Shown here: one piece after another, positions 28,459 to 38,582 of the stretch
Layout of the letters: each line of letters starts with the position of its first letter
Numbering within the stretch: the first letter of the stretch is position 1
NCBI GenBank assembly: GCA_022848765.1
Contig: JAJISJ010000001.1
Location: forward strand, 1-59,642
Length of the DNA: 59,642 nt
Reading direction: 5' to 3'
Origin: Thermoplasmatota archaeon
GTDB lineage: Archaea; Thermoplasmatota; E2; DHVEG-1
Program-made: the position numbers and the translations under genes
The notes under the pieces: generated by a model
Database searches by the model: none
Seen by the model: only the letters and a program-made list of their open reading frames with translations
Told to the model about the DNA's origin: nothing

Positions 28459-29631
28459 TTAGATAAATCTTTTCATAAGATTATCTGTTATATTTTCTAT
28501 ATTTCTACTTGTTACCCCTAAATCTTGATAATATTTTTTTACTCTTCTAGCAAGATATGGTTGTTCTAAATCATCTAATTGTGAAAAAATTCCAAGTCTT
28601 CTTCCTAGTTGATACATTCTTTGTTGCTTTGGGCTCAAATTCTGAAAATCATGAAGTATTCTTATCATCTTTTTTTTATCTTGTGGAAATTTTCCTTCAA
28701 GATTGGAGAATAGATTTAGTATATGATCACTTTTAAGAATGCTATTAATACCTTCTAATTTTTCAATAAATATCAATAATTCATTCACGATCATAGGATC
28801 TGAGCATTTTTTAAAACGACCATCTTTATAATCATCATATAATGGTATTATTTCAGGTATAGCAAGTGGTCTTAATCTAATGAATTCTGGGTTTATCCGG
28901 TTTAGAGCATCAGCTGATTCTAAAGCATGAATTTTAGATAACCTTCTCCCTCCTAATCCTGGCATTATATATTCAGATAATTCAATTTCTGATTTTTTTA
29001 CTTTTATTCCTGCTTTGATATGGATTTCTTTTTTTGCTCCCTTTTTTACCATTTTAAGAACTTCGTCTGATCCTGATTCTAGTCCTATATGTATTCTATT
29101 TAAACCAGCATTACCTATTGATTCAAGATATTTTTCTCCTATTTTAATTATAGTACTTGATCGTGCATATGAGGTTATACGTTCAACCCATGGGAATTTT
29201 CTTCTTAAGTGTTTAAGAATTTTTATTAAGTCATCTGGTTTGATAATTAGGCTATTAGAGTCTTGCAGGAATACTGATTTCATTCCACTTGTTAACCAGT
29301 AATAGGCTGCAAAAAACGCGTTTTTTTCTGAATTATCAAGTCTGTTTATAATATTCTGAAGATTACTGTGATATATACTATTGCCAGTTTTGGTTATTTC
29401 TTGAAAGTTTTTGATATGTTTTGCAACGGCTTCGATATCTTTTATTACATGTTCTACTGGTCGTTTTGAGAATTTTGTTCTTTTATATACTGGACAAAAG
29501 GTACAATGATTCCATGGACAATTTCTTGTTACTCTTATTAATAGACTATTTGCTTCACTTGGTGGGCGTATTGGTCCTTGTTCAAAACCGTTATATTTTT
29601 CATCTTTTTTTATGTTTGAATTAATTACCAT
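28459..29631 (-). CDS. Radical SAM protein with non-canonical CX4CX2C spacing
   Basis: GPIRPPSEANSLLIRVTRNCPWNHCTFCPVY: three Cys spaced 4 and 2. TIM-barrel-like GLESGSDEVL motif. Confidence 0.75.
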   Translation of the reverse strand: MVINSNIKKDEKYNGFEQGPIRPPSEANSLLIRVTRNCPWNHCTFCPVYKRTKFSKRPVEHVIKDIEAVAKHIKNFQEITKTGNSIYHSNLQNIINRLDNSEKNAFFAAYYWLTSGMKSVFLQDSNSLIIKPDDLIKILKHLRRKFPWVERITSYARSSTIIKIGEKYLESIGNAGLNRIHIGLESGSDEVLKMVKKGAKKEIHIKAGIKVKKSEIELSEYIMPGLGGRRLSKIHALESADALNRINPEFIRLRPLAIPEIIPLYDDYKDGRFKKCSDPMIVNELLIFIEKLEGINSILKSDHILNLFSNLEGKFPQDKKKMIRILHDFQNLSPKQQRMYQLGRRLGIFSQLDDLEQPYLARRVKKYYQDLGVTSRNIENITDNLMKRFI

Positions 29632-29695
29632 ATTTTATCAAATTATATTTTGATATAGAAGTTATGAAATAAAATTGTATATGTTATTACATCTA

Positions 29696-30067
29696 TTATG
29701 TTGATATTTTACTTTTTAATGTTTTGGTAATAGTTTCTTTAATATCATTAATTGTAAACGGTTTTTCAATATAATCTTCTGCATAAAAACATCCTGCATT
29801 TTTAGCAGTTTTATCCTTTCTTGCAGAGATAATTATTACAGGGATATTTTTTAATTTTTCACTTTCTTTTAATTTTTTTAATACTTGCCATCCGTTCATT
29901 TCTGGCATCATTATATCTAATAAAACGAGATCAGGGGTAAAAGTTTCTAATTTTTGAAATAATTGTTTTCCACTATCAACTCCTGTTATTTCAAAATCAG
30001 TTCCAAGTCCTTCTTTTATTGAATAAATAACATCAGGTTCATCATCAACAACAATGATTTTTTTCAT
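29696..30067 (-). CDS. Single-domain response regulator (CheY-like receiver)
   Basis: VVDDEPD, phospho-acceptor context DLVLLDIMMPEMNG, conserved T/S and K positions. No output domain and no kinase nearby. Confidence 0.9.
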   Translation of the reverse strand: MKKIIVVDDEPDVIYSIKEGLGTDFEITGVDSGKQLFQKLETFTPDLVLLDIMMPEMNGWQVLKKLKESEKLKNIPVIIISARKDKTAKNAGCFYAEDYIEKPFTINDIKETITKTLKSKIST

Positions 30068-30185
30068 TTTCCCATCTAACCTAATTTATATAACATTTCA
30101 ATAGTTTAAATATTTACCTATTGTTAAAATAATATTGAAAATTTAACATGTTGTTAATTATAATTTTTCATATTATAGTTAAATG

Positions 30186-30719
30186 TTAAAAATGTTCATT
30201 GATTTCTTTCGTTATGTTTGGGTTTATTATTCCCATTCTTCTGAATGTTATCAGAACCTGATGAATATATAATTCTGAAATATATTTTCTAAAGGGTCTA
30301 AGCATTTTGTTAACTTTTTTTTCTGCTTCGATAATATTTGGCGCATAAAAACTTGTCATAAAATCAAATTTTCCATGTAAGTAAGAGCTGTATCTAAAAT
30401 ATTCCTCTGTAAATTGAATTAATGTACCTGAAGTAGATATGTTTTTCATAAGTTCCCCCTTATCAATATCTTCTTTAAATTTTAATAAAACTAGATAAAA
30501 ATGGTTACCTAATAATTCTGGTTCTATTACTGTTGCATATCCCCATATTCTTCCATCTTTTTCGAGTTTGTTTATTATTTTTGAAACTGTTTGTCTTGTT
30601 AATCCTATTTCCTTTGCGATCGTTATACTTGATTTTCGTGCATTATTTAATAATGCTTTAATAACTGCTTTTTCATGTGATATTTCAGTTTTTAAAATCT
30701 TTTGATTATTTTCATTCAT
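30186..30719 (-). CDS. Lrp/AsnC-family transcriptional regulator
   Basis: N-terminal HTH (SITIAKEIGLTRQTVSKIINKLEKDGRIWGY) followed by a RAM-like C-terminal domain. Confidence 0.8.
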   Translation of the reverse strand: MNENNQKILKTEISHEKAVIKALLNNARKSSITIAKEIGLTRQTVSKIINKLEKDGRIWGYATVIEPELLGNHFYLVLLKFKEDIDKGELMKNISTSGTLIQFTEEYFRYSSYLHGKFDFMTSFYAPNIIEAEKKVNKMLRPFRKYISELYIHQVLITFRRMGIINPNITKEINEHF

Positions 30720-30892
30720 TTTTAAACCAACTGTTAAATTGTAAAAGTATAATTAAACATTTAGTAAATAAATTATTTGAATGGTTAATAACTTATTTAT
30801 CTTTGAATTATGCAGAAGATTAGAAAAAATATATGATAATATGATAAATAAATCACAATTTTAAAAACAACGATAAGGTTTATATTGAATAT

Positions 30893-31399
30893 ATGGAAAA
30901 ATTAGAATCCTATGAGAACTTTCCTTTGTGGATCCCATTTATTACTATTATTATATCAATAAATGGTTATATTCTAGGGGCATTTATTTTGAGTGGATTT
31001 GGATGTTTAATTGTTATCTTATATTTGATTTACTGTATTAGTATTGAATTACTAGTTATTTTTAGGAGTTGTAGAGATTGCTATTATTATGGGAAAATTT
31101 GCGGATTAGGAAAAGGGAAGATCGCTCCATTATTTACAAAAAAAGGAAAATCAGGGAGATTTATAGAAAAGAAAATTTCTTGGTATGATTTAATCCCTGA
31201 TTTTTTTGTTGTGGTCATTCCAATTATTGGTGGTATAATCTTATTATTTTATGATTTTTCATTTGTTCTTCTTGGTTTGATTATACTTCTTGTGATAATA
31301 TTTTTTGGGGGCACGGGTTTTATACGTGGTTCATTTGCTTGTAAATATTGTAAACAAAAGGAACTTGGATGCCCTGCACAAAATATTTTCAACAAGTAA
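30893..31399 (+). CDS. Membrane protein with two Cys clusters (CRDCYYYGKIC; CKYCKQKELGC)
   Basis: Four hydrophobic segments and two CxxC-containing loops. I do not recognise a family. Confidence 0.45.
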   Translation: MEKLESYENFPLWIPFITIIISINGYILGAFILSGFGCLIVILYLIYCISIELLVIFRSCRDCYYYGKICGLGKGKIAPLFTKKGKSGRFIEKKISWYDLIPDFFVVVIPIIGGIILLFYDFSFVLLGLIILLVIIFFGGTGFIRGSFACKYCKQKELGCPAQNIFNK

Positions 31400-31454
31400 A
31401 AATCAATTTAAAATATTTTTATAATCAAAAATAGGGGAGATGATTATTTTTAAT

Positions 31455-31871
31455 TTATTCTCTTGTTATAAAATCTCCGGAAATCCATCCCTGAATATCA
31501 ATACCTCTACTACTCCAACTACCACTAAAAGTTGAATAATCGTCACTAACTCTAATTCGACCAAATATAGTTTGAGTACCGCTACGTACAGGTATTTTCA
31601 TAAAAAATGTATTGCCAAAAAAGGTACCGAGAAATCTACCTTCGATATCAGAAGTTGAAAATGTTCCTCTAACTACTCGAATTCTCCCCCTCATATTATA
31701 ACTACCATCAAGATAGGAAGCAGGTCTATCATCTCTCCGTAATCCTAATTGTGCTTCGAATCCCCCACGATTTAATACATTATCATTTATTTCTATTTGT
31801 TCCGCTGCTGTTATATAACCAATAATGATTAATGTGAAAAGGATGCCAAAAACAACAATTTTTCTCGCCAC
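31455..31871 (-). CDS. Small secreted protein, unknown function
   Basis: GTG start with GGAG upstream, a signal/anchor helix, and an internal repeat (RIRVVRGTFSTSD / RIRVSDDYSTFSG). Confidence 0.4.
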   Translation of the reverse strand: MARKIVVFGILFTLIIIGYITAAEQIEINDNVLNRGGFEAQLGLRRDDRPASYLDGSYNMRGRIRVVRGTFSTSDIEGRFLGTFFGNTFFMKIPVRSGTQTIFGRIRVSDDYSTFSGSWSSRGIDIQGWISGDFITRE

Positions 31872-32232
31872 TTCATTATTCTCCTATAAATATGAATAAA
31901 TATTTATCATTTATATCTTTCGAATAATTATAAAAACATTAAAAAATAAATAATACTAATGCTAAACAAAATAATAAACTATTTTTTTCATATTTTCTCC
32001 AATTATATTATAATAATTATAAAATTATTATTTAAGAAAAAATAAATTTATTAAAAAACTCCAAACTCCTATGTGATTCTCAATTATATATGCAGTAATT
32101 TCGATTAATTTTATCTTGATATTATATCTTCAAAAAGATTAATTATTCCAACTAAATTCATAAGGGGAAGTTATAATCATCAAATTTTAAGTATCATAAT
32201 GTTTAGAAACAAAGATTTACTAAAATAAAATT

Positions 32233-32721
32233 TTAGTATATCTTCTGCATTAGAAAAACATCCAATAATCTTCCAAATTTTCTCCCCACTTCTCGCATTA
32301 TTCCAATTTGTTCAAATCCAAAAGATTCATGAATATGAATACTTTTTTCATTCCCTTCTGTAATTCTAGCTATAAGAACATGCAAATCAGCAGATTCCCC
32401 TTTTTTAATAATACTTTCCATTAATTTTTTCCCAATTCCTTTACCCATAAAACCATCTTTTAGGTATAAGGATATCTCAGCTGTACCTGAATATGCACAT
32501 CTATCCGACCATTTACCAAGAGAGGCCCAACCAACAATATGTCCATCTAATTCTGCAACAATTATAGGATTTTTATCACCATGATCATTAAACCATAATT
32601 TTTGTTCATCAATGGTTTTTGGTATATTGTCAAAAGTAGCAGTTGTATTAAGAATAGCCCAATTATAAATCTTTGTAATCTCATCCAAATCATTTAATTG
32701 GGCATCTCTTATTTTAAGCAT
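32233..32721 (-). CDS. GNAT N-acetyltransferase (phosphinothricin/L-amino-acid N-acyltransferase-like)
   Basis: The IVGWASLGKWSDRCAYSGTAEISLYL...GKGIGKKLM pattern matches the PAT/MnaT subgroup. The likely start is MLKIRDA. Confidence 0.8.
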   Translation of the reverse strand: MLKIRDAQLNDLDEITKIYNWAILNTTATFDNIPKTIDEQKLWFNDHGDKNPIIVAELDGHIVGWASLGKWSDRCAYSGTAEISLYLKDGFMGKGIGKKLMESIIKKGESADLHVLIARITEGNEKSIHIHESFGFEQIGIMREVGRKFGRLLDVFLMQKIY

Positions 32722-32885
32722 ATATAAAACATCCATATATGTAAATATAAAATGATTTAAAAAATCAATTAAAAAATCATAATAAACATGTAAAAATGTT
32801 TGAATAAATATTTTTTTACAATTTTAAAAAAATTAGTAAAATGTTAGAATAATAATTTATACTAATAGATAACTTCTGAATATAT

Positions 32886-34541
32886 ATGCCTAAAAATAAT
32901 ATTAATTCCAATAAACAAATTCCAAAAGAAGTTGAGATTCCAAATTTGAATCTTATTTCATTATTCCGAAAAAGCGTAGAGGAAAATCAAAATAATCCTG
33001 CATTATATTTTAAAGGAAAAATTAAAACATATAAAAAAATTGAAGAAGAAGTTAATAGATTAAGTAATTCTTTACAAGACATTGGAATCAAGAAACAGGA
33101 TCGTGTAGCGGTATTACTACCTAATTGTCCACAATTTTATACAACCTTTCTAGCAGTTCAATCTTTAGGGGCCATATTTGTATCGTTTAATCCATTATAT
33201 GCTCCAAGAGAAATAATACAACTTTTAAATGATTGCCAACCAAAAGCTATGATAACATTAGATATTTTTTCAGAAAAAATAAAATCAATTCAAAAAGAAA
33301 TTAATATAGAAAATATAATTATAAGTTCAATTGCTGAGGAGTTACCATCTTTAAAGAAGTATTTATATAAAATATTTAAAGCTAGAAAAAATCCAATTAT
33401 TGATAACTCTTTATCATATGAAAAATTAATTGAAAATGGGAAAAACATAAAAATTAAAACCAAAATAAATCCACAAGATGATATTGCAGTTTTACAATAT
33501 ACAGGTGGAACTACAGGGGAACCTAAAGGTGCGATGTTAACACATTATAATCTTGTTTCTCAAGCAGTATTGTTACAAAAATGGAAAATTGGACTTGAAT
33601 CACAACCAAAAGGACAAATAAAAGTTGCTGCTGTTTTACCATTCTCTCATATTTTTGGATTAACATCATCCTTTATATGGCCGATAATCGATGAAGCAGA
33701 AATATATCTAATACCTGATCCAAGAAAATTATTAGAGATAATGAATATAATAGGTAAATATAAAATTCATTTCCTCTTTGGTGTTCCGCTACTCTTTCAA
33801 AAATTGGCTGCTCATAAAAAAATTAAAAAATATGATTTTTCATCAATTCATGTATGCTGCTCAGGTGGTGAAGAATTACCAGATGAAACAGTGAAATTAT
33901 TTGAGAATAAAACTAATTGTTTATTAATAGAAGGATATGGATTAACAGAAGCATCACCTGTTTCTCATATTAATCCTCCGAATAGATTTGATAGGAAAAT
34001 TGGGTCAATTGGAATCCCAATTCCAAATACTTACGCAAAAATTGTAAAACCAGATACAAATGAAGAAATAACCGATTATAATAAAAAAGGCGAACTTTGG
34101 GTTAAAGGTCCAGGAATTATGAAAGGTTATTGGAAAAATGAAAAAGCAACTAATGAAACAATAAGTAAAGGGTGGCTAAAAACTGGTGATGTAGCTTGTA
34201 AAGATGAAACAGGTTATTATAAGATTGTTGATAGATTGAAAGATGTGATAATAGTATCAGGTTTTAATGTTTGGCCTAATGAAGTGGAAAAAATACTAAA
34301 ATCTCATCCTAGTATCATGGATACAGCTGTTATATCTGAAAAAACTTCAAAAGGAATAATTGTTAAGGCTATCCTTGTTAAAAAAGATAATTGTGAAGAG
34401 ATATCTTTGGATGAAATACGTGAATTCTGTAAGAAATATCTTGCACCATATAAAGTTCCAAAAATCATTGAATATACATCAGAGATTCCACGTTCAATGG
34501 TTGGGAAAATTATGAGAAGGAAATTAAAAAATGTGAAATAA
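32886..34541 (+). CDS. Long-chain fatty acid-CoA ligase (AMP-dependent synthetase/ligase)
   Basis: YTGGTTGEPKGAMLTH, GYGLTE, GWLKTGD and the C-terminal GKIMRRKL motif. Confidence 0.9.
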   Translation: MPKNNINSNKQIPKEVEIPNLNLISLFRKSVEENQNNPALYFKGKIKTYKKIEEEVNRLSNSLQDIGIKKQDRVAVLLPNCPQFYTTFLAVQSLGAIFVSFNPLYAPREIIQLLNDCQPKAMITLDIFSEKIKSIQKEINIENIIISSIAEELPSLKKYLYKIFKARKNPIIDNSLSYEKLIENGKNIKIKTKINPQDDIAVLQYTGGTTGEPKGAMLTHYNLVSQAVLLQKWKIGLESQPKGQIKVAAVLPFSHIFGLTSSFIWPIIDEAEIYLIPDPRKLLEIMNIIGKYKIHFLFGVPLLFQKLAAHKKIKKYDFSSIHVCCSGGEELPDETVKLFENKTNCLLIEGYGLTEASPVSHINPPNRFDRKIGSIGIPIPNTYAKIVKPDTNEEITDYNKKGELWVKGPGIMKGYWKNEKATNETISKGWLKTGDVACKDETGYYKIVDRLKDVIIVSGFNVWPNEVEKILKSHPSIMDTAVISEKTSKGIIVKAILVKKDNCEEISLDEIREFCKKYLAPYKVPKIIEYTSEIPRSMVGKIMRRKLKNVK

Positions 34542-34609
34542 TTTTTTTTTAAAATTATAATCTTATTTAATAAATAAGTTTTAAGTAATAGAAAATAATT
34601 TTTCCTTAT

Positions 34610-35818
34610 ATGGATAGTTTTAATAAAAAATGTAGGAAATATCAGAGATTTGGTCTACCAACAATTGCTAAAACATTTGGTTTTTATCCATATTTTAATG
34701 TTATTAATTCAGAACAAGAACCTATTGTAAGAATGGATGATAAAGAAATTATAATGCTTGGTAGCAATAATTATCTAGGTATGACTGCTAATTCAATAGT
34801 AAAAAAATCTGCTATAGATGCCATAGAAAAGTATGGTTCAGGTACAACTGGATCACGTTTATTAAATGGTACTTTTCAAATACATAAGGAACTTGAAATA
34901 CGGTTAGCAAAATTTCTTGGTAAAGAAGATTGTGTAATATTTTCAACAGGTATGCAAGCAAATATTGGTACATTATCATCATTAATAGGGGAAAAAGATC
35001 AATGGGTTCTTTCTGATGAATTAAATCATGCTTCTATAATTGATGGAATTGTACTTTCAAGAATGACAAAGGGGAATAAGGCAATATACGGTCATAATAA
35101 CATGGATGAGCTAAGGGGTATTATTAAAAAAATTCCGAAAGGAAAAGCAATGATAGTAACAGAAGGTGTTTTCTCAATGGAAGGTGATATATGTCCTTTA
35201 GATGAAATTGTTGAAATTGCAGACGAAAATGATGCATTTATTTTTCTAGATGATGCGCACTCTGTCGGGGTCCTTGGTAACGGTAGGGGTACTGCATCTC
35301 ATTTTAATCTTACTGAAAAAGTTGATATAATTATGGGTACTTTTTCTAAAAGCTTTGCATCATGTGGGGGGTATATTGCATCAAGTAAGGCAATATGTAA
35401 TTGGTTAAGACATAATTCAAGAGCATTTATTTTTTCAGCAAGTATACCTCCAGCAAATTGTGCAACAGTTCTTGCTGTTTTAGATATTCTTGAAAATGAT
35501 GATTCATACTCAAAAAGGGTTTTAGATCTTGCTGAAAGAATGAGAAAAGGCTTAAAAGATGCTAATTTTGATATTGGAAACTCACTCACTCCAATTATAC
35601 CTATTGTTATTGGTAAAGAAATGTTAACATATAAATTCTTTAAAAAACTTTTTTACTATAAACCTAAAGGTATTTTCACTAATCCAATTAGATCACCAGC
35701 TGTTTCAAAAGGTAGGGAATTATTAAGGACATCTTATATGGCGACAATGAATAATGATATCATTGATGAATCATTAGATATAATAACTCAAGTAGGTAAG
35801 AAATTAAAAATAGTATAA
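34610..35818 (+). CDS. PLP-dependent alpha-oxoamine synthase, serine palmitoyltransferase-like
   Basis: GSNNYLGM, GSGTTGSRLLNGTF (close to GSGTNGSRMLNGTF as I recall it from bacterial SPT), HASIIDG, DDAHSVG, PLP-Lys GTFSKSF. Confidence 0.8.
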   Translation: MDSFNKKCRKYQRFGLPTIAKTFGFYPYFNVINSEQEPIVRMDDKEIIMLGSNNYLGMTANSIVKKSAIDAIEKYGSGTTGSRLLNGTFQIHKELEIRLAKFLGKEDCVIFSTGMQANIGTLSSLIGEKDQWVLSDELNHASIIDGIVLSRMTKGNKAIYGHNNMDELRGIIKKIPKGKAMIVTEGVFSMEGDICPLDEIVEIADENDAFIFLDDAHSVGVLGNGRGTASHFNLTEKVDIIMGTFSKSFASCGGYIASSKAICNWLRHNSRAFIFSASIPPANCATVLAVLDILENDDSYSKRVLDLAERMRKGLKDANFDIGNSLTPIIPIVIGKEMLTYKFFKKLFYYKPKGIFTNPIRSPAVSKGRELLRTSYMATMNNDIIDESLDIITQVGKKLKIV

Positions 35819-35832
35819 TTTTAAGGGATAAC

Positions 35833-36651
35833 ATGAAAAAAACCAATAAAATAGTATTAATAACTGGTGCATCCTCTGGAATTGGGAAAGCATGCGCGGA
35901 ATTCTTGAATCATAAGGGATATCATGTTTTTGGAACAAGTAGACAAGCCAACAAATCGACAAGTAATTCTTTTGAAATGATTCCAATGGATATTAATGAT
36001 GACGAATCAGTAGAAAAAACAATTAAATATGTTTTAGAGAAGGCGGGTCGTATTGATATTCTAGTAAATAACGCAGGATATGGCATATCTGGTTCAATTG
36101 AAGATACATCGATTATTAAAGCTAAAGAACAATTTGAAACTAACTTTTTTGGAATTCATCGTATCTGTAGAGAAATTTTACCATTTATGAGAAAACAAAA
36201 TTATGGATATATTATAAATATTAGTTCAATTGGAGGATTGATTAGTTTACCTTTTCAAGGATTATATTGCGCATCTAAGTTCGCTTTAGAAGGATGGACT
36301 GAAGCTCTTAGAATGGAGGTAGATTCTTTTGGAATAAAAGTTGTTTTGATTGAACCGGGGGATATAAAAACATTATTTACTAGTAAGAGAGAGAAAATTT
36401 CGGCATTATTAAAAAAATCAGTATATAAAAAAAGAGCTATTATGACGATAGATGTTGTTGAAAAAGATGAACAAGGTGGGCCTTCACCTGATAAAGTTGC
36501 TCACTTACTTGAACATATCATTAATGATACTTCCCCGAAATTAAGATATAAAGTCGGATCTTTTACACAGATATTAATATGTTATCTAAAACGTATTATT
36601 CCTGATAAATCATTACAATGGATATTAATGAAATATTATAAATTAAAATAA
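35833..36651 (+). CDS. Classical short-chain dehydrogenase/reductase (SDR)
   Basis: TGASSGIG, NNAG, YCASK (YxxxK). RBS GGGAT. 14 nt after the AOS gene. Confidence 0.9.
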   Translation: MKKTNKIVLITGASSGIGKACAEFLNHKGYHVFGTSRQANKSTSNSFEMIPMDINDDESVEKTIKYVLEKAGRIDILVNNAGYGISGSIEDTSIIKAKEQFETNFFGIHRICREILPFMRKQNYGYIINISSIGGLISLPFQGLYCASKFALEGWTEALRMEVDSFGIKVVLIEPGDIKTLFTSKREKISALLKKSVYKKRAIMTIDVVEKDEQGGPSPDKVAHLLEHIINDTSPKLRYKVGSFTQILICYLKRIIPDKSLQWILMKYYKLK

Positions 36652-36920
36652 ACATACATTATATTTTTAATATATAACTCTCACAATATCTCTTAAAACA
36701 ACAAAAGTAATTCATATTCATCAACTGATAAAGTCAATTTTTTAAAACCTAAATACGGATTAGAACCAATATTTGTAGTAAGTTTTACTTTTTTATATCT
36801 TATAAAATTGTATCATTCAATTTGAGCAAATGCTACTGCATAATTTAGTCCATATATTTTAGCACATTTTGGACAAACGGTAAGTAGTAAAAATTTTTTT
36901 AAGATTCAAATGAAATTAAA

Positions 36921-36994
36921 GGGAGATGGAGGTTTAAAGTATGACCTCAAACTTTAAGGAGAGAGAATCCTAAAAGTAATAATCCATCTCCACC
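36921..36994 (+). repeat. Purine-arm/pyrimidine-arm hairpin element E4
   Basis: GGAGATGGA(36922-30) pairs with TCCATCTCC(36983-91), 9 bp perfect. Inner stem TTTAAAGT(36933-40)/ACTTTAAG(36951-58). Lies in a 386-bp spacer between convergent genes. Confidence 0.5.
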
Positions 36995-37037
36995 TAATAT
37001 ATTTGTAACAAGCGTTATAAATAATTTTTGAAAAAAA

Positions 37038-38582
37038 TCACCATGGCCAAAGGCGGAGCCAGTTACCTTCGATATAAACTTCGATTAGAAGTGATATATG
37101 ATCGACTTCTCCACTTCTTTCCAAATTCCATTCTAAAGGAGGCCAAATTGTCCAATCCAATCTAAAATCTTGTGATTTAAACACTTCTGCAACTGCTCGA
37201 ATTCCAAGGGCACTACCTTTAATTAAAAGATCCATTTGATTTAACGGCTGCCAATTAGTATCATAAGCTAGATAACCTGTAATATCAGTAAGCCATGATA
37301 TTTTTATATCCTCAGCTATAGGTTTTGCATTAAGTAAAAACTCCCATTCACCTAGTATTACACTAATATCAATATTTAGCGATGGTTCTTTTATAATCCT
37401 AAAATCACCAGGATTTGTAAAATTCCAATATGCTGTCATATTTAAATCAGTGACGCTATTAAGGGAGAGATTTATTGTAGGGTTAACTAATGAATCTAAA
37501 AGACTAATGTCAGTTCCATCCGAATCTATAGTTAGATGATAATATCCATTCTCACGAATGGGGAGCCACTCTGCAATAAGTTTTCTGGGAATATTATTTA
37601 TAATTGCATATTTGCAAATACCCAAATTATTTGAATGAATTTGAACACGTGTATCATACATTGAATCACTTTGGTATTTGAAACTACCGCCCTTATTAGA
37701 AAAAGGTGTCAATAAAAGATTAAAACTAACATCCTTTGGAAATGAAAAAAATCTAATGACAGTATCCTTTGTAATGTCATTATCAATTTCAATAAAACGA
37801 CTTGTAAAATCTATATTATAATTACTATTTCGTATGAATTCATAATTCCATTCACCTTCATTTCTTGTGGAGGTTATAGTTATTTCCGATTCGGTTGATG
37901 GATTAAACGAAAAATAATACTCTCTTTTAATATCATCTTCTGAGTCAAAGTTTTTCCCAAAAAGAAGTATTTCCTTATTATCAATTGATGATTCATAGGT
38001 AGGGTTGATATTAAATTTTAAACCTTTTTCCCCATTATTAGTATTAATGAAAACTAATAGTGAAAAACTAATTGTTTTTGGAATCTCGTTACCTGTTTTA
38101 TCAGGTGAATAATAACCTATTGAAATAATTTCATTTCCAATTGAAGCAGAAAGATTGAAGTCATTATTTTTTATTTCCTCACCTATCCTCTCTACATTAA
38201 ATAAAAATTTTAGACCAATGGATAAATCAGGATTCATATCAAACCAGGGTAAAATCAGATATTGTACCCTAATATCATTTCCATTAATGCCAGTATTATC
38301 GTCCCCATCAACATTTATTTCATTTGACAAAGCAAAAAATGTTTCAGAAGTTTTCTCATATCCATTACAGGTTGTATAGATATGACTCGTTAATAAATCA
38401 ATAATATCCAACTCATATATTTGTAAAATATTTCGATGATTCCTTATTTTTATGTTTGAGAATTCATAATTATTCAATTCTATATATTCTGATTTGTCTT
38501 CAATTTTTTGCGAATTTACTATCATACAAATTGAATTTAATAACATCAATAATACTATAATAGTTGAAATTTGCTTTTTCAT
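37038..38582 (-). CDS. Secreted protein, unknown function (514 aa)
   Basis: Signal peptide, beta-rich Asn/Ile-rich sequence, RBS GAGGGA. No recognisable motif. Confidence 0.5.
   Translation of the reverse strand: MKKQISTIIVLLMLLNSICMIVNSQKIEDKSEYIELNNYEFSNIKIRNHRNILQIYELDIIDLLTSHIYTTCNGYEKTSETFFALSNEINVDGDDNTGINGNDIRVQYLILPWFDMNPDLSIGLKFLFNVERIGEEIKNNDFNLSASIGNEIISIGYYSPDKTGNEIPKTISFSLLVFINTNNGEKGLKFNINPTYESSIDNKEILLFGKNFDSEDDIKREYYFSFNPSTESEITITSTRNEGEWNYEFIRNSNYNIDFTSRFIEIDNDITKDTVIRFFSFPKDVSFNLLLTPFSNKGGSFKYQSDSMYDTRVQIHSNNLGICKYAIINNIPRKLIAEWLPIRENGYYHLTIDSDGTDISLLDSLVNPTINLSLNSVTDLNMTAYWNFTNPGDFRIIKEPSLNIDISVILGEWEFLLNAKPIAEDIKISWLTDITGYLAYDTNWQPLNQMDLLIKGSALGIRAVAEVFKSQDFRLDWTIWPPLEWNLERSGEVDHISLLIEVYIEGNWLRLWPW

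Noticed and set aside
22015-29624. Other internal or antisense ORFs: 22015-22203, 22044-22232, 23456-23764, 23885-24076, 27082-27270, 27797-28015, 28118-28312, 29015-29302, 29421-29624
   Set aside because: Each overlaps a longer ORF with recognisable family motifs, or lies in an AT-rich spacer without an RBS. They are treated as spurious.
34610-35818. Annotating the alpha-oxoamine synthase as BioF (biotin synthesis), given birA and a biotin carboxylase in the window
   Set aside because: No bioA, bioD or bioB genes are adjacent. Its partners are a long-chain acyl-CoA ligase and an SDR. The GSGTTGSRLLNGTF segment looks SPT-like to me rather than BioF-like. BioF is not fully excluded without a phylogeny.
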